Positions 53,015 to 64,000 of a DNA stretch of 64,000 nucleotides are shown here, piece by piece. Within the stretch, counting starts at the first letter, position 1; every line of letters starts with the position of its first letter. The notes under the pieces were generated by a model. It was not told the origin of the DNA. It was given only the letters and a program-made list of their open reading frames with translations, and made no database searches. The stretch covers positions 3,472,001 to 3,536,000 of the forward strand of contig CM120645.1 of assembly GCA_051362555.1 (NCBI GenBank), written 5' to 3'. The translations under genes were made by a program, and so were the position numbers. The stretch is from Lingula anatina. Taxonomy: Eukaryota; Animalia; Brachiopoda.

Positions 53015-54019
53015 GTGCTCTGCAAAACCCACTGTGGTGTAATTACGTCTTGAAACCTCTCAAAGTGTACTGGTAAAGTCTGTACCGCTTGGTGTACCGC
53101 TTGGTGTGAAAAAGGCCTAAGTACGCACGTACTAGAAAAGTATGTTCGTACTAATTAAACTATAATATCGTTTTTTTTCTTTGCATCTCGCCTTGACAGG
53201 ATTCCATATGGCACCTTGCCTTGGCAGTTTGACTATCTGCCATGGCAAGAATCCAACTGGCATCTTTCCCATGTGAACTGGCTAAATTCCAGTGGATTGT
53301 CATCAAGATTGTGGCAATATAATCATGTTATTTTTTTTTTATTTATTTTTTTTTTTTACAATAGAGAGTGGTATTGATTTTATTGATGTTAGGGTATGCA
53401 CACTGACATCATAAACTTTGGCTGGAGTTGTGTTTTTTCAAACCTTTCTTGCGTCATCACAAGAATCGAACTTCAGGGATACCTTTGTCATTCCGTAACA
53501 GTAAACTTTGTAATATTATCATTTTATGTTTTATCTATTGATTCCAATACGTGGTTTAATCAATTATAGAAGAAATTGCATGAAGATATTAATTTCCCTC
53601 TTCTTATGACGTATATGTAACATGATGCAGACCTGATCCGGTTTATTTTTAATTTTTTGTTTTATTTTTATTACAATGTACATGCATATAAGTGACATTA
53701 TAAAGATGAGAGATATGATGTCCATAATCATACGTGCCCATTGTAAATGAAATTGAGACTTTACTTGTCCCTGTACTTGGATTGAATGATTTATGCCATT
53801 TGTAATTCAATAAATGTTTTAAATGACTTTCTGTTGAAGTCACTTCAACTTCCTAGTGTTAATTTTTTTAAAGAGGTATCATTTCACATGAAATTGCTTC
53901 TCAACACACTAAAAGAAGCCCCACCATTTTGTTGCAGATCAATTGAGTCATGGGAACAATTGCAAATAAATAAAATAATTCAATAAAATAATAAAAATGA
54001 TAAATACTTTAATGCATGT

Positions 54020-54023
<4 letters not shown>

Positions 54024-54110
<87 letters not shown>
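54024..54110. repeat. (CT)n microsatellite
   Basis: Seen directly. Confidence 0.95.
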
Positions 54111-54111
<1 letters not shown>

Positions 54112-57100
54112 AAATATTAATAGATGTAGAGGAACAATATTTATCTGCTGAAGGATGTCCAGTCATATCAGTGTTTGTATAAACAGTCAAATGATCTTAA
54201 TGATAACTATGACGTCTTTCAAGTAAGATGGACCCCAGTGAAGGCTATCATTAACCTAAGGTGGTGGCCTGATATCAAGATAGTGAACATCCGCTGACTG
54301 ATGGGGCCATCGTATGGCTGAAAGAGTTGTTTGGAGAAAAATTGAGAAAAAAAAGTACATTTTCAGGGGTGTAGCCAGAGATATTTTGTCTTCCAAAAGA
54401 TCTTCGTCGATCCATCCTCCATTTTTGACCATCTTTTGACAGAAAAAATTAAATACCCGTCAATCTAAACTTTAAAATCTGACCATCTTCCAGAAGACCC
54501 AGGGATCCGCCCCTGATTTTGGTGCTTCAAAATGGGAAAGAAAATGGTTGTCAAAAAGTCGTTCTGTTTAGTTTGTGTGTGAATATAACAGGTTTGATTT
54601 TAACCTTTAAGTATGGATCTGTTGTTTGATGAATGCATGCTCTGTTTTTCAAATACTTTCACTGATTTTTCTGTTTCTTAACTTGGATTTTTCAGCACAT
54701 AAGGGGAAAAATTCAATATTATTCATATTCTCACATTAAAATTTTAGTCATTATGTACATTTTGAAACATAAGTAATGTCAAACAGAAAGTTAGGGAAAT
54801 TCTACGCGTGTGATCTTTCGACTTTCAGTGATCTGATATTTGTACTTTGATATGAAAGAAATGTTGTATGTAAAAGTGGGGGAAATTAAATACCATAAGA
54901 CTGGTATAGTCATGATTAATTTATTTTTTGCGATATTTAAGAAATGCCATGTTTCAAAAAAGAAAGTAGCACTGTATAATTTATCGAAAGTGAATTTTTT
55001 GAAAAGGTCAAAGAATTTTTGACAATTTATTAATACTCCTAGTAATTGTTGTAATTCTTTTAGTAGTTTAAATATGTCTAGTTTGTAAAAATCAACGTCA
55101 TTTCAATTCGGCTCTAGCTATAAAAAGCATATGTATTTATTTATGAGCATTTACAGGAAAAAAAATGCAATTTAAAGATAATTATCTCCCGCTGTATGCT
55201 AAATATAAAAGATAATAAGGCAACACATGGATGTTTATCTGTAGAAAATTATCACCTGTGCATCTTCAAGGTTGCATGTACAAAAACAAGGGCAATGCCA
55301 GGGTCGCAGCAAATGTTGATATGCCCAGTCATTTTCTATGTAGATAAAATCATTGCGTAGGAGGAGAGGGGGATGACCCTTATAAAAAAATTATATGATA
55401 TACTCAAGTGATCAGTAAAAAGAGGGGATGGTTATTGTCCATTTTGTTATACCAAAGGATAGGGGAGGGGGAGAGAACCAAATAAGCATTAGTATTTACA
55501 TAAAGGTCAGTCTACTGGAAACTGTTGCACATATTGTAGTGGCCCTCAGTGGACCACAGATTCAAAATTGATTTTGCTCTTTGGTGCAAGGAAATCCTGT
55601 TTCTTTGCTCCGTCTGAAGTGCCGCTATTACTGTTACAGAAATGTATTTGTGTTCCACTTGAGCACAAATGCTTGCATGATTGTAATAGCAAACCAAATT
55701 ATTATTTTTTTTTATTGCATATCTCAAAAAAGTACAGATCTCAACAAAAAATACAAAATTGATAAATAACTAAATAAAAATCACTCTCACTCACTCTCTC
55801 ACTCACTCACTCACAAAGAGACAAACCAAATTATACCGAATATAGGATTTTGAACCAAACGGGCTAACCCAAGATAACCCAAAGTGTCATCACTTGGAGT
55901 TGAGGATACTATTAGGGTTTTGCCAAAAACTCCTTATTTACTGCCTTATGCCCAATCTTTTGGATAACAGATACATCTTCAGTGTTCAGTGACTAAATTA
56001 ACATTTACACACGTGTCATCTTACACGTGATGTCGGAAATTTGGGACAACAATTGAATAATCAGTTTCTCAAATTTCTCCATTACATAAGCACCCACACA
56101 CACCGTTTCACCGCCATTTTAATGACACCATTTAGTACTCCAAAACCTTGCCAGTAATTTTATTAAAAGACCTTGTTCAGATCTTATCATAATCACTGAC
56201 AAGACAAAATAATGCCTTTGTTTAATGGAAATTTGTATTTAAGAGCTCATAACTGTATAACAAAAACAATGTAACCAAAATGATGTCATGGGATTGAAGC
56301 CCATAGACTTGTGGTCAACTATTTTTGTGATAAAACCTAGTTCAGGGATGAAGTTAAGCCCCATACCGAACACTTTCTCACCTCAAAACAGAAAGGTGTT
56401 AAATTGTCGATAAAAGCTTTGAGTGGCCTGTGCTTATACATAGCAATGAGAAATACAAATAATATATTGAAATCCACGGAAATGTGGAATGAACTACTGT
56501 CAGGAATACAACAGTAATCATGCGAGGAACTGCTTATTTGATTCTCTCACCATTGTGGCCTAACACTTCTTAATTTATTAAGTTTTGTTTCCATTATGTG
56601 ATATTAGGGTTTTTCTGGCTTTTAAAAGCATTATCCATATCTCATGTTTGCTTTCGGGGAAAATAAGAAGAAAAAACTTGCAAGTATATAATAATATATA
56701 TTAAAAGCACAGCTGTTGGTAACTCATTTTCTAGGGAAAAACTCCTGCAAATATGTAATGGAAGTTAAAATTGTGATGTGCGTTGCTAAGAGTGGGAGAC
56801 AAAGCAGGCGACAGTAATAGTGCTTAGTTCTCACATTGACAAATAGGAGATCTTTGGTTTAGTATTTTGAGAAGAAATACATTCTATTTTTTTTTCTTAC
56901 TGTTAGTCATCAGTTCTGTAGGAGAAAGTCATGTTATCTTGCAGGTATAGCTAGGCTGTGTAGCATCCTTTAGGTCTCGATGATGAATGGCAGTATATAA
57001 GTCCATATATATTAATGTAATACATAGGCACGGTAATGGACATAGTCATTGTTTTTTCTTTATTAATCTCTCTCTCTTTTTTCTTGATATTGTTAAAAAT

Positions 57101-60100
57101 ATTTCTTTTTTTCATAGAAATCAGGTACATGTGTCCTCATAAATATATGCACAATCAAGTTTCATAAGATGTGTTGCCACATTTTTAGCTCTCTTCAAGA
57201 TTTACTCATGGTCTCAGCTTTTCTCCATAATTAGAAACCTGCATGGGCAAAGACGTGAAAACGTGTACTAAAAGTTGATTTTCGTGACTTGGTAAGATGA
57301 TAGTTGTCAGTAATCAACACCATGAGCACTGTGAAAAAGTACTCGTGGTTTTACCCAGAACTTCGAGTTGGAATAATTTTTGGACTTTCAATAATTGTCA
57401 GTCTTTGTCCGTCATTTCCTGGCTCTCTGTGATGACTGTGATGCAGGGATCACTATGAAGATCAAACATGATATTCCATTTTTTCCAGGACAAGAGTGAA
57501 TCTCTAGTACCTGTTGATCAGCTTTAGAATATATACTTCCTGAGAAGGTATTTTGTTACAGTATACGATTGCTGTACTTGTATAATAATAGGTACGATAT
57601 TGTCTGACAATTCTCGCTTCCTCTTATTTACATATTCAATCGATTTGAGAACAATACACGTTGTAAGAATTTTTGGACATCAATAGTAAGTGGCTTTTGT
57701 GTATTTGCGGCCTTACTTATTCTTTTTCCTGTGGTATACATTAAAATTATATTATTCTTGCAGGTGACTTTTTAGTGAACTCTTGATAAGAAGGATGCTA
57801 CTCCCACAACTTTGCTGGACTTCTGTTTTTTTAATTTTATCAGTATTTGCCTGGACCCTGTGGGGTGTAATTTGAAGAGGTTTGAGTTTAATGTTGGACA
57901 ATTGATTAGCTTGCACCTATTTCTAGGAAAGTAGATTACTTATCTGTAGGGTGTATAGGCAGAGTGGTTATTAACTCTAGCATGCGTCCGCTGGCCGTCA
58001 AGCAAAAATCTGTAAAATATCTGTTTTGTAAAGGCAAAAAAAATCTTGAAAATATATATGGGAGACATGGAATTAGTTGGAATCTGAGTAACTTTTGGTA
58101 ATTACTTGATTTTTCAGTGGGCAAAAAATTATGAAACATTCCTCAGGTGTTAATTTTATAATCACAAATAATATATTTCTGTATAGTATTTGTGGTACTT
58201 TAACAACATAGAATAGAACTATAGAGCAGCTTGCTTTTTAAATTTTGTTTCTATCACTCAATAGGAATGCTATAATTTGAAGAAATTATGACTTATAGTA
58301 CAGTATTTGTAAGATTCACAACCTCCCTCTCCCCCCCCCCCCACCCCACCCCCATCCCATTTAAAGGATGGACTAATTACTGTTTGTATTTTCCCTCTTG
58401 ATTAACTGTTTAACCTGGAAATTTCATCCATATTTGTTTAGAACATTTTTATATCTTATCTACAAACAAACCAATGGTAACGGAAATGTTACCCCTCATT
58501 TGATGATTGAAGTTACGCTGCTGATGCACGTGTAAATCTGTTTCCTTTCACTTGGTAATTAAATGTGACTGACCGCTAGATGACATTTAAGGTAAATGTT
58601 GGACACTGATTAATCATATAGCCCTATTTTCCAGGATAGTCAGGCATTTTTGGGGAGGTGTCTGTTTTTTTTTTTTTTTTTTTTTTTTTTATAAGGGAAA
58701 TATTATTTGGTTGTAATCTGGCAAAAAATTAATAGTTTAGGATTATAAATAAATAAATAACTATGAAAATAAGTTAAAGTGTAATAAGAAAAGGTGTGAA
58801 ATATAAAATGTAGTTTTTTTGTTTATTTTAAAGAAGGTATTATTTTAAGCTTTTAAAATATCTTTTCTTTGATGTTTTTAAATTTTCTTATTAACATGCA
58901 TGGTGTGCAACCTGGGTTGGCATTACCCACTATTTTTTATCTTTTTTTATGTAGTTATTCTTTAAATAGTGAAATGAGAGAGTGGTGAAATTTTAGAATT
59001 CAAAAACGGGTCTTCAGAAAGATTTTTGATACAATGTTTGGAATGGATGGGTTTAAAGTGGGGTTGGCATCATTGTACACTAGGGGCAAATTCGCAAAAA
59101 CGGATCAAAATTCATTTTTAATGAGTATTTAACACCAGGCATTCACCTTTCAGCTTCAGCCACAAGACATCAGCATTATGAGAGCTATAATGTTTCCAGC
59201 TCATTAAACGTCCAGTTCAGCTATTAAGAATAAAGTCATCGAAAATCAATAATGTTGCCGTCATAACCAGTTTGATGGTGGCATATGAGTTTCCTTTATT
59301 AATCAGTGGCGAGAATGAGGAAAGGTCAGTGATTGAGGTTATTGTATCGAATTCCGTATTATAAGGTGATTAAGTGACGTTGCAGGGGCGGATTTGTAAG
59401 CTGATAACATTCTTGATCTTGCAGTATTATTAGACGACAGAACTGTACTTGTAAAGTACTTTCATATTTTTCATTGGGTTAATCGATTTCTAAAATGACT
59501 TTAAAAGACTGCATGCTAGTCAATTTCTGTTGTTTCCTTTTATACCGTTTTCTCACCCCCTTTTGTTTCTTTGTTCTAGATTTGGAAATTGCTTAGATCT
59601 GTAACAGTGATAAATTGAATTACTAGTACAGAAAAAAAAAACATTCAAAATGTTTGGACAATGAATCTCATTGTGATTTAATTTATGATTGACTTGGGGT
59701 GTTGGTAAAGAGTCTGACAGAATTGTAAAAATCTCAAATGTAATGAACATAAGTGTGTCAAAAGAGATTAAAATTTTTTATAAAGTAATTGTAATCATCT
59801 TTTTATGCTGAAGCAGGTAAAAAACTGAAATAGAGAAGACGGGCATCACATGGTGTCTGTTTTTTATTTCTCACATTTATATTTTATAATTACATATTTT
59901 AATATGTAAACATATAAAATGAAGGAAAGATATGATGGACGAGAAGGTTACTCTTATCAGTCATTTGGATTATAATTTTGTTTACCTGGTCAATAAATTG
60001 TAAGTAAAACTGAAAAATTTTAATTTGGGTTTGGCATGAATGAATGCAGCCTTGTCTGGCCAAACACCAATTAACATGTAGACTGAGTGTGTCACTGATT

Positions 60101-60148
60101 TGATAATGAATCTGGTACATACTGCTCATGATCAATGGAGGAGATACA

Positions 60149-60290
60149 CAGGCTTGTAGCCAGGGGGGTTCGGGGGGTGTGAAAGAACCGCCCCTTTTAG
60201 TGGGAAAAGGTCCACTCTAGGTAAAATTTGATCTAGGTTCATGAAGTTTTTATGGAAAAAGGTCCACTTGAAATTACTGGCTACGGGCCT
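60149..60290. mobile_element. MITE family B (copy 2)
   Basis: CAGGCTTGTAGCCAGGGGGGTTC ... AAAAGGTCCACT x2 ... CTGGCTACGGGCCT; matches 15661-15819. Confidence 0.7.
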
Positions 60291-63200
60291 AGGTACAAAT
60301 ACCAATTTAATGGTCACAAAGCTTCCATTTCATAAAAAAAAAAAATAATTGTCCAGCGCAATGCTTCCTGATAGCACGAAGATCTATCAGAATCTAACAT
60401 TTGATGAAGCAAACAGTGCTGGATGAAACAAACGGTCCTTTCTTTGAAATAATCATTGGCCGGCAGCATAAGCATGCTCCCATTGATAAAGATTACTGAA
60501 TGACTGGCAGAGCTAGCTGCGTGCACCGAGAAAAATCTTCAGGCCCTTTTCTTAGAAACCTAAAGGTCAGCAGATATAACACTTCCGCTAGGAATCAATA
60601 AAGGCGTATTGATTTTCACTTCAGTGTGCCGCTAATGACTTCCTGTTTTTCAGATTTGCTTACTAAATGTGAAAGATATAATTTGTGTTTAGTGCACAAC
60701 ATTCTTGAATAGCTAGTTGACTTGGTGGCGTGACAGAGAGAGTGAATTATTTTTATGACATTTTCTCTGACTTATTTGAACTGTTTAATGTGTTGGAGGT
60801 GTAATATGTTTATTATTGCAGGGCTCCAGTCTTATTTTCCTTGGTTTTCTTCAAAACATATTTATGGTGAAAGATGGATTTAAAGGCTGGCTATTTCCAG
60901 TGAGTCTCGTGGCCATGCAGTGGTTTGATTATAATATCTGCCGACTTGGGACAACATCAATGCTAATTTGGCATATCATAATATCGTGCATGGAAAAAAG
61001 ATGTAAATCAGACATTTTACCACCCCCATCCAAGTGTATTGTTTACATAATACATGCACTTTTTTCCCCATGTATGATCAGGTTGGACCAGAGTAAAGAA
61101 TGGATTTTACATTAATAGTGAATGTGACTTACTCTTTTTTTATTAACAATTAATAATTGTGTTTAAGTCTGTAAGTAGAGGACCAATGCATGGCCAATCT
61201 AGGATTTTGCTAGGGGGACGAGAGAGAGAGAGAGGAGAGAGGGGATAACTATTTTTACCAAGTGAAGCGAGCCAAATATAAAAAAAGTAGATGAGGACAA
61301 ATTTACTTTGCATATTTGATTAATTTCTTATGTAATTATTAGTATTGTCTGGTGTTGTTCACAATGTTTTATCATTAGGCCTGTACTTAACATTCATTGT
61401 ACAAAATGACATACCCCCCCCCCCCTCCTGAGAAAACTGTCAAGTAATGTGCATGTACATATACAGATGAACGCACAGCACGTAAAGGGCAGAGGGTATT
61501 TTTATCATTGAATGAGAATTGTGGTCACTTCATCAGGTTTACATAACAGCAATGTGTGGCACACTTAATATATCAGTCTGACAATGTGTGAAATAATCTT
61601 ATGAAATCATTGTTGTTGTTTTCATCCAATATTAGCGATTGGACTTGTGACAGTGTTTTGTTATATATTTAGTTGCATTCTTCTGTGATGTAATCCCTGC
61701 AATAAATGTCATATTTTTTTCCATTTTTCATTTGTGTAAACGTAATACCTCATTGAAGCTAACAGATAACTGTTAGAGGACGGAACTTAAGCAAAGAAAT
61801 TGAACATCAATCAATTCTTCTATAAATCTGGAGGTACGTTAAATATCCTGAAAATTTCATCAAAATATGTGGCGAACTTTTTGTCTTCAAACAAACAGAC
61901 AGAATTATGTATCTGAAAAATTGATAATTTTTCCCATTTGAAATGATCGAACCATTACCATTTGACAAGCAACCGCAGTATCTTCTGTCTGCTTATTATT
62001 GAATGTTATGAAACCTTTTGCTAGGATATTGTATGGTAGCACTATAGTCTTATACGGATAAACAAATGATTAGGACTGTCTTTAAAGAAGAAAAAAAGGA
62101 AATTATTTGCCTGTGTTTTTGCATTTTAAGGATTTTTTTCGTTGTAAATAAGGATGTGCAGAATAGGTCCTGCCAATAATGGCTTCTAGAATATCAACCA
62201 CAGCGCCAGTTGGAACCAGTGGAGTTTTATTTTCCTCTCAAGAATTGTCATCAACATCCTAAATAATAACGTCACCCTTTTCATGACATTTATGTAATCG
62301 GAAAAAAAAATTATTAAGATAAATCTTTTTACGCTCCAGCACATTTTTTCAAAGACTATGACCTAACTGTGACACTGTGCCCCCCAATAGTGACATCCTG
62401 GATTTTTGAGGGATAAGTATATGAACTGCTTTTATTTGTCAGTCTGAATCTGTTGAACGTAAAAAATCCTCTCTTTCTCCATTGGCCAGGTTCACCCCCA
62501 GTATATGGGTATGGTTCAAGCGGTTTTCAGAGAAAGTACTATCTATAGTCCTATCTAATAAGTATAAAAACAGTGCACATGTCTGTTACCTTGAAGAGCA
62601 CCAGAGTTTTAGAGAAAATTGGAAGCATTTTTAAATTTAAAAATTCTTATTATCAGGATATGCTAGGTGAGTTTCCATAGCTGTTTCCCAATGTCTTCTG
62701 AAACTTTGCATTCCTTAAAGGGATTATGTATCAGATTTCAGGCCAAAAACCTACAATCAATAAATTTGTCTGGCAATCTCAACAATTATTGGGCACTTGA
62801 AGATAATCTCTTTATTGGGTGCCCAAGACTCGGAAACATCCTGATGCTTTACAATTTTTGATCACTTTTTCTTAACTTAAGTAAGCAGAATGAACATGTA
62901 TTCTTTGTATTTTTTTTACTTATGTTCATTGTTTAAATTTTACACAGGTGATTCTCTTTCGAATTTTTTAATTATTTTAATAATTATTTAAAAACTCAAA
63001 ATCTCCCAAAGTGTACCTGTACAGACTGTTGTAAAGCATATTGCTTGATGTGAAAATGTCCTTTTGGAGACCTGTACAGAGTCTAAAGATTGATTGCCTT
63101 TGGTTACCTTGTACTCATCATCAGGGGGCCGGCTTAGCTGGGTTGTGGTTACCCACTATTCCTTAAAACATGATAATTACACATATATTTACATTTTTTT

Positions 63201-64000
63201 ACAACAAAATCATTCCAGTTAGACCGTACAGTTTTCATAATGTTACACTTTGGTGTAACCCTTTATGTAATTATCAGAAGCTTGACAACAAGTGGAATCA
63301 ATATTTTATTTTCATAATCTGTTTTTCTTAGAATCCACTACGTCAGAATTTCTCCTAGATATCTGTCTGGTTTTAATTGGAAAAAAAAACATTTTATTTG
63401 AGTAGGACTTCTTTATTCCTTGCAGGTAGTTCATTTGGTTCACCGTTTCACTTTCATTTCCCTTGTCGCAAAATTGCCAGGCTTTGAAAGGTATTGCGGA
63501 AACCCTGAAAAGAGCTGGGTTTATCTGAAGCCAGCAGATTGTAAGGGCAAAAAGGGGCCTGTTCAGAAAAAGACTGACTTAGACCGTAAGTGGGCTGAAC
63601 TCGTGTTTTCAGATGACCAAGTTGATTTGAATCTCTGAAGTGAAGTAGGAACACACTGTTGACGAGTCCTCAGTACAGAGAAGCCGCTTTGAATTCAGAC
63701 TAATGACTGATTATTATTTAACTTTCATGGTTGTCAGATAATGCAGGTGATTTCTGGTTTAAATTGCCCCTTGTCTGAGCAGGTCACCAGATGCATTACT
63801 GCATTAATTCACATTTTTTTTCCTCACATCTCCAAACCTGTTGCTTTTTGCATTGCTTTCAACACTGTTTTGAAAAAAAACCTGAAAATTAGACCAAAAT
63901 AAAATCACATTTAATTTACAACTATTTTCTCTTCATCTGTGTAGTACATAATGTGATATTTTTAATAAGAATTAAAAATTTTGCTGAAATAAAAAGAAAG

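Noticed and set aside
56970-58560. TGATGA/CTGA motifs as C/D-box snoRNAs
   Set aside because: No convincing terminal stems or rRNA-complementary guides could be identified by eye.

Overview
AT-rich, intron-containing animal (invertebrate-like) genomic DNA; no prokaryotic features. I assembled these spliced genes by hand from GT-AG exons with consistent phases: (i) the 5' part of an unidentified minus-strand gene running off the left edge (~1.1-3.3 kb); (ii) a 9-exon plus-strand gene (16427-30197, ~887 aa) encoding a tyrosine-kinase-like PSEUDOkinase with a long coiled-coil/Ser-rich tail; (iii) a candidate 83-aa two-exon microprotein gene (minus, 38781-39801); (iv) a six-exon SWEET/SLC50A1 sugar-transporter gene (minus, 41672-44146) in which both conserved substrate-site Asn residues are Tyr; (v) ribosomal protein RPL29 (47352-48724). 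The most unusual region is 32.9-37.6 kb. It is a scrambled tandem array of at least six copies or fragments of an unknown intronless ORF family. The protein pattern resembles a CheY-like receiver domain (or a Walker-B ATPase remnant) with an acidic tail, and three copies share a conserved splice-acceptor-like leader. The rest is MITEs, a Helentron-like satellite, microsatellites and apparently non-coding DNA (49-64 kb). No database searches were run; family assignments rest on motif recognition.
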